Positions 1 through 8,536 of a DNA stretch of 35,792 bases are shown in pieces (position 1 is the first letter of the stretch; each line of letters opens with the position of its first letter). Made by a program: the position numbers and the translations under genes. The notes beneath the pieces were generated by a model. That model did no database searches, was not told the origin of the DNA, and saw only the letters and a program-made list of their open reading frames with translations. Source of the DNA: a virus (Duplodnaviria; Caudoviricetes). The DNA lies in the IMG/VR virus record IMGVR_UViG_3300033406_000366, positions 1 through 35,792 of that record; one strand, given 5' to 3'.

Positions 1-78
1 TTAAATTTCAGACTGCGCTCGGAGAAACTTATGCAGCAAGGCCTTTGGACAGGGGTTCGACTCCCCTCGCCTCCACCA
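1..78 (+). ncRNA. ssrA: 3' part of tmRNA (host gene, truncated by the window edge); prophage integration target
   Basis: GGACAGGGGTTCGACTCCCCTCGCCTCCACCA (47-78) gives a T-arm (AGGGG-TTCGACT-CCCCT), the acceptor 3' strand CGCCTCC with U at the G3:U alanine position, discriminator A and an encoded CCA. The upstream sequence does not form a tRNA anticodon arm and resembles the Firmicutes tmRNA 3' region. Confidence 0.88.
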
Positions 79-1536
79 CTCAAAAGACAAACTTAACTGA
101 ATATCTATGTCGTCTTTTGACACAATTACATAGTCAACAAACGTTTCGATAATGGCCTTGATTTCTTCAGGGCCTTTTTCCATTGTTGCGAACTGATCCA
201 GGACCGACACGACTTGTTCCGGCGTTAGCATGGCGCCGATCGCGGCCTGGATCTTTTTTATTTTCGCGTCAGCATCAGCAATCAATGCCTTGTTTTCGGC
301 GATCCTGGTTTTGACAAAGTCGTCGACTTGACCATCTTCGGCCAAAGAAAGTAAATTGTCGATCTTACGGAGCGCGTCTGTTTTCTGTTTTTCCGCCGCT
401 TTTATTTCTTTTGTTCCGGATGATGTTAATTCTTTCAAACGGCGGTCAATTTCCTGCATGACTAACGGGATCATTTTTCTGTCCAAGATTTTTGTATCAA
501 CATGATCCAATACGACTTTTTCGAGCATTTCCTTTTTGATCTGGACGCCGCTGCAATTGCGCTTTTGCTTGTAATTCGCGCAGCGGTAATAGCTATAGCG
601 CGATCCTTTCGAAACGAAGGTTCCGCCAACCATAGCTCCGCCACATTCGGCACAACGTATTTTCCCTGAAAGGTAATAGGTTTCTCTCGCTTTTGTTTTT
701 CCTGGCGCGTGTTTCGCGTCTTTTATTTTTTTCTGCACCTTTTCCCATATGCCCATGTCGACAATAGGCGGAATCGCGCCGGCAATTTCAATCACTTCGC
801 CGCTGTCTTTATGATTATTCCGCCGCGTCGAACGGCCGCCGGAGACACGGCCAAAAACATAGGTCCCGATATACTTTTTATTTTTCAATATATCATGAAT
901 AGAATTCTTTCCAAACCGGCCGCCGCGCTTTGTCCGGTACCCGCGCGAATTCAATTCGTCGATTATTGGACCATAACCGACGCCGTCGGCCTTCCGGCCG
1001 AAGATCAATCGGACGGCAGCGGCCTCTTTTTCGTTGACGATATAATCGCCGTCTTTGTTCACATCGTAACCCAGGGGCGGCGTTCCGCCGTTATGCTTTG
1101 CCTGGTAGGCCGTTTCACGCATACCTTTCATTACTTCGCGGGCCAGGTTTTTTGAATAGTATTCGGCCATGCCGACCAGGACACTTTCGAGGATAATACT
1201 TTCCGGCGAACCGTCGATATTTTGTTCGCAAAATTCAACCGTGACACCGGCCTTGTTAAGCTGCCGTTTGTAAAAGGCGTCGTCGTACCGATCGCGGGAA
1301 AATCGGTCTATTTTATGGCAAATCAGGACGTCAAAAAGACCGGCTTTCGCGTCGTCGATCATGTTTTGAAAGGCAGGCCGTTCGTCGCTGCGGGCGCTTA
1401 GCGCTTCGTCCGTATATTCTTGCGCCACATCATAGTTTTTCCGCCGGCAATAATCGGAACAGGCACGGATCTGGGCTGATATGCTTTCTTCACGTTGGTT
1501 GTCCGACGAATATCTTGCGTATATTGCTGCTTTCAT
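1..1536 (-). CDS. Large serine recombinase (phage integrase)
   Basis: YARYSS catalytic motif, KIDRFSRD, recombinase domain (PPLGY), zinc ribbon LSGKIRCAECG...YYRC...C and coiled coil. Start placed at ATG 1536 after AGGTGA. The last ~25 codons lie antisense to tmRNA. Confidence 0.95.
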   Translation of the reverse strand: MKAAIYARYSSDNQREESISAQIRACSDYCRRKNYDVAQEYTDEALSARSDERPAFQNMIDDAKAGLFDVLICHKIDRFSRDRYDDAFYKRQLNKAGVTVEFCEQNIDGSPESIILESVLVGMAEYYSKNLAREVMKGMRETAYQAKHNGGTPPLGYDVNKDGDYIVNEKEAAAVRLIFGRKADGVGYGPIIDELNSRGYRTKRGGRFGKNSIHDILKNKKYIGTYVFGRVSGGRSTRRNNHKDSGEVIEIAGAIPPIVDMGIWEKVQKKIKDAKHAPGKTKARETYYLSGKIRCAECGGAMVGGTFVSKGSRYSYYRCANYKQKRNCSGVQIKKEMLEKVVLDHVDTKILDRKMIPLVMQEIDRRLKELTSSGTKEIKAAEKQKTDALRKIDNLLSLAEDGQVDDFVKTRIAENKALIADADAKIKKIQAAIGAMLTPEQVVSVLDQFATMEKGPEEIKAIIETFVDYVIVSKDDIDIQLSLSFEWWRRGESNPCPKALLHKFLRAQSEI

Positions 1537-1555
1537 GGTTTCAATCACCTTCCAT

Positions 1556-1569
1556 AGAATGTATGTTCT
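1556..1569. promoter_or_regulatory. Putative LexA/DinR (Cheo) SOS box upstream of the integrase
   Basis: AGAACATACATTCT on the minus strand, one mismatch to GAAC-N4-GTTC, 20 bp upstream of the int start. Confidence 0.5.
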
Positions 1570-1580
1570 GTATAAAGTGG

Positions 1581-1604
1581 AAAAAGAAAGGCGGTTTATC
1601 CGCC
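1581..1604 (-). terminator. Intrinsic terminator between the immunity operon and the integrase
   Basis: Minus strand reads GGCGG-ATAAA-CCGCC-TTTCTTTTT. Confidence 0.55.
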
Positions 1605-1631
1605 GAGTGAAATACGTTTTGTAGTTTTTTA

Positions 1632-2207
1632 TTATTGCCCGCCTTCGACTTTTGCGGCCTCTTTAATGGACACTTGATATTCGTAGCCGGTAACTTGTTT
1701 AGCTTTAAGCCAACTTATGGCATATGTTCCCATTTTGGGCTGAACTTTGTCTATGAAAACCGTATCAGAATCTACAGTATTGTTTGCAGCATCTTTTAAG
1801 CGAACATTCACGTTACCGGAAACTACATAATCAGACTCGTTTCTTATCCAGGTAACTACTTTGTTGTTGTCTTTACTGTCCATCGTGTTTTGAACTTCTA
1901 CTTTTATTTTTAGTTGATCAGCTACTGATTTATTAATTTCTTGTTGCTTTTGCATTTCTTGTTTTTGATCCGCTTGTTGTTGTGCAACCTCTGCCGCTTT
2001 TGCGGCCCTTTGTTCTGAATATAACTTTTTATTCGGATTGGTATATCCAACTACAACAAGAGAAATTAATGCTACTGTTCCAAAAACAACAGCCGCTCTT
2101 TTTCTTGTTTTAATTTCTCCCCATCGAAGTACAATCCTGGGATTTATCAAACCAACAATCAAGCAAATTATGGAAATAAAAAACACAAACCCGAAAACCG
2201 CTGCCAT
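1632..2207 (-). CDS. Membrane protein of the lysogeny module (possible superinfection exclusion)
   Basis: Two N-terminal hydrophobic helices, a Q/K-rich linker and a beta-rich C-terminal domain; GGAGG RBS; lies between immA and int. Confidence 0.7.
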   Translation of the reverse strand: MAAVFGFVFFISIICLIVGLINPRIVLRWGEIKTRKRAAVVFGTVALISLVVVGYTNPNKKLYSEQRAAKAAEVAQQQADQKQEMQKQQEINKSVADQLKIKVEVQNTMDSKDNNKVVTWIRNESDYVVSGNVNVRLKDAANNTVDSDTVFIDKVQPKMGTYAISWLKAKQVTGYEYQVSIKEAAKVEGGQ

Positions 2208-2229
2208 TTTTTAGTCCTCCCGTTTTGTT

Positions 2230-2685
2230 TTAATTGTTCCAGTCTAAAATTTCATCATGGTTTATTATTCCTGCCAACATTTTATGAATCAATTTCGGAT
2301 CTGGCTTTTTCTTTTTTATTATCATTGTCAATAAATCGGCGTTTATATCGTGAGAATAAGAGAGAAGAAATGCTGCATACTCATTTGCCTCTTGTTCTCT
2401 TTTGCTGGGAATATAGTACGTCAAATTATTGTCGAAATGATACCCATAGCCGGAATGTAATCGGGCATGACCTATTTCATGACAGACTACGACTTTTTTT
2501 GCAAATTCATTTAACCGGCTGTTTAAGATAATGATTTTACGCCTAAGGACGCGCACTAAAAAACCCCGAATAGACGGCGGCAAGTCAAATGTTAAAATAC
2601 TAATTCCTAAGTGTTCAGCGATTATAAGAGGATCTGTTGTTCCGTGTTTTTTTACTAAATTATGAACCCGCCTTTTTATGTTCAT
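2230..2685 (-). CDS. ImmA/IrrE-family metallopeptidase (anti-repressor protease)
   Basis: TTDP..IAEHLGI N-terminus, CHEIGH zinc motif and EQEANEYAA; directly downstream of the repressor. Confidence 0.9.
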   Translation of the reverse strand: MNIKRRVHNLVKKHGTTDPLIIAEHLGISILTFDLPPSIRGFLVRVLRRKIIILNSRLNEFAKKVVVCHEIGHARLHSGYGYHFDNNLTYYIPSKREQEANEYAAFLLSYSHDINADLLTMIIKKKKPDPKLIHKMLAGIINHDEILDWNN

Positions 2686-2709
2686 CAAATAGAAACACCC
2701 ACCCAAAGA

Positions 2710-3147
2710 TCAAGTTTTCTTTCGCTTGTTTTTCTGTTTTGCGTGCCAAAAGGCAAACTCAAGGGCGTCGCGAACTTTTTGCTTATCTTCTTCGTCTAGA
2801 TTGTATAATTCACCATCAAACATCACCTCCGACTCGTCTAAGAATTTTTTTAAATCTTTAGGCTGCTGTTTCTTTTTGTCAGGAACGACTTCAACAATAC
2901 CTTTTTTTTCCTGTCCTGTTCCCCAGGCAAGAACGCCTTGCGGATGATCGGCGTTTCCCATTAAATAGTCGATTGTTACGTCAAAATAATGGGCCAGCTT
3001 TGCAATTGTTACAGAATCGGGCATTGTCCTATCAATTTCCCAATTAGCTAATGTTGCGCGATTTACAGATAAAGTTTTGGATAGGTCGTCTTGTGTTAGT
3101 TTTTGGTTTTTGCGAAGAAATTTTAGACGAGATCCGAAAGTGCTCAT
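2710..3147 (-). CDS. XRE-family HTH repressor (ImmR/CI-like)
   Basis: FGSRLKFLRK..LTQDDL...ANWE...P...IAKLAHYFDVTIDYLMG HTH; divergent from cro. Confidence 0.92.
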   Translation of the reverse strand: MSTFGSRLKFLRKNQKLTQDDLSKTLSVNRATLANWEIDRTMPDSVTIAKLAHYFDVTIDYLMGNADHPQGVLAWGTGQEKKGIVEVVPDKKKQQPKDLKKFLDESEVMFDGELYNLDEEDKQKVRDALEFAFWHAKQKNKRKKT

Positions 3148-3270
3148 AACTCACACTCCTTTATATTTAGTTTAGCACTTTTGTGCTAAAAACCAACATT
3201 TGTGCTTAAATATTACAAAAACATATTGACTGTGCTTTTAAAGCACGTTATAATTGTGCTATAAAAGCAC
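3140..3270. promoter_or_regulatory. Genetic switch: sigma-A promoter for cro plus an operator array GTGCT-N5-AGCAC
   Basis: TTGACT (3226-3231), 17-bp spacer, TATAAT (3249-3254). Full palindromes GTGCTTTTAAAGCAC (3232-3246) and GTGCTATAAAAGCAC (3256-3270); degenerate copies at 3140, 3183 and 3202, and another at 3480. Confidence 0.85.
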
Positions 3271-3286
3271 GAAAGGAGGAATTGAG

Positions 3287-3478
3287 ATGGGCGGAATATT
3301 ACTGCACAAAAGAAAAAAATGCGGTTTTACTCAGCAAGAAATGGCGGATAAAGTCGGTATTGAAAGAACTTCTTACAACCGCATTGAGCGCGGAAAACGA
3401 AAGCCAAGCGTTGATATTGCCATTAAAATAGCAAATGTTTTAAATGTAAAAGTTGACGACATTTTTTTTGCCAATTAA
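3287..3478 (+). CDS. Cro-like XRE HTH regulator
   Basis: AAAGGAGG RBS then ATG 3287; TQQEMADKVGIERTSYNRIERGKRKPS HTH. Confidence 0.9.
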   Translation: MGGILLHKRKKCGFTQQEMADKVGIERTSYNRIERGKRKPSVDIAIKIANVLNVKVDDIFFAN

Positions 3479-3514
3479 TGTGCTTAAAAAACACAAAAAA
3501 AGGAGGCTGTGAAT

Positions 3515-4258
3515 ATGGGAAGTTTAATTGCAAATTCTAACGTCCGAGGGTACCTAGATAAAAATGGTACAGCACATTTGAATTTAGAGGATGTTGCAAG
3601 AGGGTTAGGTTTTACGACCGTTGCCACAAGTGGCAACGAGTGTGTTCGGTGGGAAAGAGTCAGGGGATATTTAGTCGATATGAAGTTTATTCCTGCAAGC
3701 GGAGATGCGCCGGAATTCATTCCCGAAAATATCTTTTACCGTCTTGCCATGAAAGCAAAAAACGAAACTGCCGAGGCATTTCAGATAAAAGTAGCAGACG
3801 AAATTCTCCCATCTATCCGAAAAACTGGCCAATATACCGCCAAACCGCTTTCCCAACTCGAAATTCTGGCCCAGGCTACCCAGGCGCTAGTTGAACAGGA
3901 CAAACAACTGAAAGCCATTGCGTCGGTCCAGGCAGCCGTCAGTCAGGAAGTAACGACCATAAAACACCGGCTGGACAGTCTGGATACCATCAATATCGAA
4001 GGAACGTTAAAACAGCGCCTAAACGCCATGGTTCGTAAATATTCCCATAGTAATGGCGTCCTGTTTAACGTAGCCTGGCGCGATTTCATCAACTCTTACA
4101 ACATGGCCTACACAACCAACCTGCGCGCCTTGATTAACAACTACAAGGCGAAACACGGACTAAAAGAACTGACTGTCCCGCAGTATCTTTCCCTTTCAGG
4201 GAGATTAGAAGACGCGGTTCGCGTAGCAGATAAGCTGCTGAATGTGAGGCAAGCATGA
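3515..4258 (+). CDS. Phage antirepressor (BRO-like N-terminus)
   Basis: LNLEDVARGLGF, FIPENIFYRLAMKA, FQIKVADEILPSIRKTGQY; AGGAGG RBS 8 nt before ATG 3515. Confidence 0.85.
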   Translation: MGSLIANSNVRGYLDKNGTAHLNLEDVARGLGFTTVATSGNECVRWERVRGYLVDMKFIPASGDAPEFIPENIFYRLAMKAKNETAEAFQIKVADEILPSIRKTGQYTAKPLSQLEILAQATQALVEQDKQLKAIASVQAAVSQEVTTIKHRLDSLDTINIEGTLKQRLNAMVRKYSHSNGVLFNVAWRDFINSYNMAYTTNLRALINNYKAKHGLKELTVPQYLSLSGRLEDAVRVADKLLNVRQA

Positions 4259-4410
4259 TTATTGTAAAGATCGACCGCAAAACCGGCAAAACAATTTCCG
4301 TAGAACGCAGTAATTCCCCTGCTGATCAAGGTATGGATAAAATGGCTGCAATCGTCGCTAAATGGGCAATACGAACAGGGAGAATTAACGTGGGAGGAAT
4401 TAAACAATGA
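4255..4410 (+). CDS. Small hypothetical protein (51 aa, MIIVKIDRKTG...)
   Basis: Read from the sequence; ATGA overlap with both neighbours; below the ORF-track size cutoff. Confidence 0.6.
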   Translation: MIIVKIDRKTGKTISVERSNSPADQGMDKMAAIVAKWAIRTGRINVGGIKQ

Positions 4411-4535
4411 AAAGCAGACCAACAAAGCTAGACTACTTTGTCAACGACCTGACGAAATACACCCTGCTACTCGGAACAATTTACGTCCTGGCCCACCTGT
4501 TGGCCGCCTTTCAATCCGGCCGGCTGCCACTATAA
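4407..4535 (+). CDS. Small hydrophobic protein (42 aa, MKSRPTKLDY...)
   Basis: GGGAGG RBS, ATGA coupling, one hydrophobic segment. Confidence 0.6.
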   Translation: MKSRPTKLDYFVNDLTKYTLLLGTIYVLAHLLAAFQSGRLPL

Positions 4536-4553
4536 AAAAAGGAGTGATTTTTC

Positions 4554-5456
4554 ATGAAAACAAGCGATCAAATCAACGAATTGGCCGGCGCTTTGGCAAA
4601 GGCCCAGGGCGCAATGAACGCCGCCGTCAAGGACAGTAAAAACCCACACCTGGGGAACAAATACGCCGATCTTGCCAGCGTATGGGACGCCGCCCGCAAA
4701 CCGCTTTCTGACAACGGCCTGGCCGTTATTCAGTCGCCGGAAAACGTCGTCGTCAAAAGTCGGCAATATGTCGAGCGCAAACGATACGACAAAAACAAAG
4801 GATCCAGCTACACCACGACCGACGAGGTTATCGACGCGACGATCACTATTTTAACCAGGATCACCCACGCATCAGGCCAATGGATCGAAAACGAACTGGA
4901 AATGCCGATCCTGGAAATGGATCCGCAAAAGGTCGGCAGCGTTATCACCTACGGCCGCCGCTATGCGCTGGCTGCAATGGTCGGGATCACCCAGGACGAC
5001 GACGACGGCAACGCCGGCAGCAACGTCAACGGGCCGCGATCCAATCAGCAACAGCAGCAAAAACCACCGGCAGCGCAGCCGTCAAAACCGCCGGACAACA
5101 GCGGACAAAAACGGACAACAGCGGACACGAAACCGGCCGCACCGGCACCGGCAACGAAACCGGAAACGCCGCCGGCCGAAAACAACGGATATATCAACGC
5201 GATCCTTCAATCGGCAAAAGACCTGAACATGAGCGAACTAGATCTGAAATACGCGGTCAAAGAATTACTAGGATCATCGACCTTGAAGGGCCTGGACAAT
5301 ACGGCCTATAGAAAACTAATCGTCTTTTTGAATGGCCTGGCCGACGACGGGATCACCTTCGCCGACTGGAAGGCGCAGCGCCAAACAGACGACGACGCCC
5401 TGGCTGCCGAGATCGGGAAAAATATGCCGGACTTGCCGGACTTTCCGGTTGCATAG
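4554..5456 (+). CDS. ERF-family single-strand annealing protein
   Basis: ALAKAQ..KDSKNPH...YADLASV and DPQKVGSVITYGRRYALAAMVGI.QDDDDGN motifs. Confidence 0.92.
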   Translation: MKTSDQINELAGALAKAQGAMNAAVKDSKNPHLGNKYADLASVWDAARKPLSDNGLAVIQSPENVVVKSRQYVERKRYDKNKGSSYTTTDEVIDATITILTRITHASGQWIENELEMPILEMDPQKVGSVITYGRRYALAAMVGITQDDDDGNAGSNVNGPRSNQQQQQKPPAAQPSKPPDNSGQKRTTADTKPAAPAPATKPETPPAENNGYINAILQSAKDLNMSELDLKYAVKELLGSSTLKGLDNTAYRKLIVFLNGLADDGITFADWKAQRQTDDDALAAEIGKNMPDLPDFPVA

Positions 5457-5468
5457 GAGGGAAAGAAA

Positions 5469-5711
5469 ATGATCGTCAGAGTAATTGATCGGGCCGCAAT
5501 GGATCAAAGAGATGGCCTGTCTTACGGCGCCCTGATCTTTCGCACCGTGGAAATATCGGACACCTGCCCGAAATGCGGCGGGCCGCGCGGGATCCCTTAC
5601 CTGGCGCAATATTGCGAGGACGGCGACTGGTACCAGGTTCACAACTGGAACAATCCCTGCGGACACCCTGACAAATATCGGGACGTAATAAAGGAGGCGG
5701 AAAGCAAATGA
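5469..5711 (+). CDS. Hypothetical zinc-binding phage protein
   Basis: CPKC...CGH; AGGAGG RBS; overlaps the next gene by ATGA. Confidence 0.7.
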   Translation: MIVRVIDRAAMDQRDGLSYGALIFRTVEISDTCPKCGGPRGIPYLAQYCEDGDWYQVHNWNNPCGHPDKYRDVIKEAESK

Positions 5712-7477
5712 AAATCACACGGGTAAAAATGGCCGGCTTTAAACAATTCGCCGATCCGATCGAGATCAGTTTTCAAAACGGCGAAAATATCATCAGCGGC
5801 GACAACAACCAGGGCAAGACGACGATCGCGGAGGCGATCTGTTACGCGCTGACGGGCCGCGACTTATTCGGCGCCATCACCGTCGACCATTTAATGACGG
5901 CCGGCGGACGGTCGATGGAGGTCGAAGTCGCTTTCTGGACTGGTGAAGAAACTCATACAATCATCAGGTCCCGCGAGTACAACAAGAAAGGCGACACGGT
6001 CAATACGGTTATCCTGGACGGAGAAAAGGCCACCCAGACCAAGATTGACGCGATCGTCGGCGATTACCGTTATTTCCTGGCCTGTTGGAACCCGAATTAC
6101 ATTCATACCCTGGACGACGCGAAAGCATCCGATCTGCTGCGATCGTTGACCACGCCGCCGGCAAAAGACGTCATTCTGGCCGCGCTGGATCCGGCGACGG
6201 CCGAAACATTGGCCACTCTGTCCGATCTTCACCTGGCCGATCCGGCCGGTACCGCCAAAAAGCTGCGGGCCGAAATCAAGGCCGACGAGTCCAAGATCCT
6301 AAAACTGACTGGCCAGGTCGACGTATATAAGGCCGAGATCAAGCAAGAGATCCCCAACGAGGCGATCACCTACGACGACGCCGTCGCCGATCTGGAAAAA
6401 GAGATCGCGGCGGCAAGGTCCGGCCGGCCTGGACTGGATCAACTGCCAAAGCTGAAACAGCGACACGGGAAGCTATTAACCAATTACAACGCGATACGCA
6501 GCCAGATTGAACTGATCCCGCCAGAACCTGATCCGGAAACGTCAATCTGCCCGACCTGCAAGCAGCATCTAGACGAAATTGGTTTCGTTGCCGTGACAGT
6601 CGCCCACGCGGCAGACGCGAAACGTGTCCAAGTCCGTAACGAGCAGCGCGTCGAGCAAATCAACAAAATCGTCGCAGAGGCGAAGGACGTCGCCGGCCAG
6701 ATCCACGCGATCGAGGCGGCCGAGTGGTTTAATGACGGTACCGACGAACTGGCAAATCTAGTCGAAACGCTGGACGGATTGCGGTCCGAGAATGACGTCG
6801 CCAAGGCCCACAATCAAAGACGTGCCTTTATCCTGGCAAAAGTCGAGGACGCGAAAAAACAACTACAACAAACCCAGGAGACGATCGACACGGCCCGCAA
6901 GGCGATCCCTGGCAAGGAGAACGAAATCGCCGCCCTGGGCGCGTATGCCGAGAAAAAAGAAGAATTGACGATCGGCCGCCTGACGTCGCAGCTTGACCGG
7001 TTGTCTGTCCGCCTGTTCAAAGTAATAAAGGAAACCGGCGAACTAAAACCGTCGTTTGACCTGATCTATGACGGCCAAACCTATAAAACCATGAGCAATT
7101 CAAACCGGATCCGCGCCGGCCTGGAACTGGCGGCCGCGATCAACACGATCACCGGCGCCGAATATCCGACCTATATCGACAACGCGGAGGCGATCGGCGA
7201 CTTTATCAAACCGGCCGGCCAATACTTTCGGGCGATCGTCCAATCTGGCGATCTGGCGATCAATGGCTTTGCCGACGACGAGGACCAGCCGGACGAAAAA
7301 CCGGCCTTGACGCTGTTGCCGGAACCGGAGGAAAAACCCAAACGGCGCCGCGAAAGTCCGCCGCAATTCCTGGGCGAACCGGAAAGCCTGCCGACAATAG
7401 CGGCGCCGGCCAGCGGACCGGACGACGGAGAAAGCCTGTTGAATTACCACAAACGAATGACGGCGCGGATCCGCTAG
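5708..7477 (+). CDS. SbcC/Rad50-like coiled-coil ABC ATPase
   Basis: Walker A GDNNQGKTT, long coiled coil with central CPTC hook, MSNSN signature-like motif and YIDNAE Walker B. Confidence 0.85.
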   Translation: MKITRVKMAGFKQFADPIEISFQNGENIISGDNNQGKTTIAEAICYALTGRDLFGAITVDHLMTAGGRSMEVEVAFWTGEETHTIIRSREYNKKGDTVNTVILDGEKATQTKIDAIVGDYRYFLACWNPNYIHTLDDAKASDLLRSLTTPPAKDVILAALDPATAETLATLSDLHLADPAGTAKKLRAEIKADESKILKLTGQVDVYKAEIKQEIPNEAITYDDAVADLEKEIAAARSGRPGLDQLPKLKQRHGKLLTNYNAIRSQIELIPPEPDPETSICPTCKQHLDEIGFVAVTVAHAADAKRVQVRNEQRVEQINKIVAEAKDVAGQIHAIEAAEWFNDGTDELANLVETLDGLRSENDVAKAHNQRRAFILAKVEDAKKQLQQTQETIDTARKAIPGKENEIAALGAYAEKKEELTIGRLTSQLDRLSVRLFKVIKETGELKPSFDLIYDGQTYKTMSNSNRIRAGLELAAAINTITGAEYPTYIDNAEAIGDFIKPAGQYFRAIVQSGDLAINGFADDEDQPDEKPALTLLPEPEEKPKRRRESPPQFLGEPESLPTIAAPASGPDDGESLLNYHKRMTARIR

Positions 7478-7489
7478 GAGATCGGCCTT

Positions 7490-8536
7490 ATGTACGCAAA
7501 AGTGGAATGTCAATTCTGGGCGGATCCTTTGGTCCGCAGCTTATCGGAGGACGCCAGGATCTTGTTGTTTTACTATATCACGACGCCGGCCAGGAACTTC
7601 ATCGGCCTGTACCACCTGCCCGAACCGCTGGCCCTTTATCACTTGCATTGGCAGCCGGTCCGGTACCGAAAGGCACAAAAGGAACTTTCCGAAAAATGCC
7701 GGATCCTGGTCGACTTCGACGCCGATCTGATCCTGGTCGTCAATCACTTTAAACACAACAAGCCGGAAAATCCGAACCAGGTCAAAGGGGCCGTTAAGGT
7801 CCTGAATGAACTTCCAGACACCAAGCTATTTATTACCCTGTACGATCTGGCGAAAACATACATCGAGCCAGAACCGGAACCGCTACTAAAAGCCTTGAAA
7901 AAGCGTATTGAAACCGTTTCGAAACCCTTTCTAAACCCTTTCGGAACGGGTAATCGGGGCAGCGGCCTGGACGATCAACCTGGTAAAAATGGGGAAAATG
8001 TGGATAACTCGCAAGAACCAGCGCCAAACCTGGATCTTGAAACCGTTTCGGAACCGTTTCGGAACCCTTTCGAAACCAATAACAATAGCAATAACAATAG
8101 CAATAACAATAGCAATAACAATAGCAATAATACTATCGTCGAAAAATCGACGGAGGGCGCGCCGAAAAAAAAGACGGTAACGAAAGCAGAGGCAATGGCA
8201 GCGATTGACGAATACAACGCAATTTTAACCGGATCGCTGCCGGCCGTGAAGTCGATCACCGAAAAGCGGATCGAGGCAATGAAAAGGATCTTGACCAGGT
8301 ACGACGCCGAAACCTGGAAGGCCGCCCTTTACGAAACGAAAAACAGCGCCTTTTTGACCGGCGGATCCTTCTCTTGTTCGTTCGACTGGATTGTCCAGGA
8401 AAAAAACCTGGTAAAAATCTTGGAGGGGAATTACAGGAATAAGACCGGACCAAGAAACACAACGCCGCCGCCGCGCGGGATCGCTGGCCTGGCCGAGATT
8501 ATCAACGGATCGGAGGAAGAAGAATGGCAGCATTAA
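7490..8536 (+). CDS. Phage replication initiator
   Basis: N-terminal FWADP...LSEDARILLFY wHTH-like region, internal DNA repeats and C-terminal FDWIV..NLVKILEGNY motif; lies upstream of a helicase-loader-like gene. Confidence 0.8.
   Translation: MYAKVECQFWADPLVRSLSEDARILLFYYITTPARNFIGLYHLPEPLALYHLHWQPVRYRKAQKELSEKCRILVDFDADLILVVNHFKHNKPENPNQVKGAVKVLNELPDTKLFITLYDLAKTYIEPEPEPLLKALKKRIETVSKPFLNPFGTGNRGSGLDDQPGKNGENVDNSQEPAPNLDLETVSEPFRNPFETNNNSNNNSNNNSNNNSNNTIVEKSTEGAPKKKTVTKAEAMAAIDEYNAILTGSLPAVKSITEKRIEAMKRILTRYDAETWKAALYETKNSAFLTGGSFSCSFDWIVQEKNLVKILEGNYRNKTGPRNTTPPPRGIAGLAEIINGSEEEEWQH
7910..8131. repeat. Putative replication origin: two clusters of 11-bp iterons, a DnaA box and 4x12-bp AT-rich repeats
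   Basis: GAAACCGTTTC-like units at 7910, 7921, 7932 and at 8039, 8050, 8061; TGTGGATAA at 7999-8007; (AATAACAATAGC)x4 at 8078-8125. Confidence 0.8.

Noticed and set aside
47-78. Ordinary tRNA-Ala 3' end
   Set aside because: The upstream bases do not form anticodon or D arms, and no matching 5' acceptor strand lies at tRNA distance; tmRNA fits better.
7910-8077. Short repeats as a CRISPR array
   Set aside because: The units are 11 bp and contiguous with no unique spacers; no cas genes.
8078-8131. AAC/AAT-rich repeat as a diversity-generating retroelement template
   Set aside because: No reverse transcriptase in the window and no second near-copy (VR/TR pair) seen; the origin context explains it.
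7975-8259. Antisense ORF with a poly-Leu membrane-like stretch
   Set aside because: It is the reverse translation of the 12-bp origin repeat.
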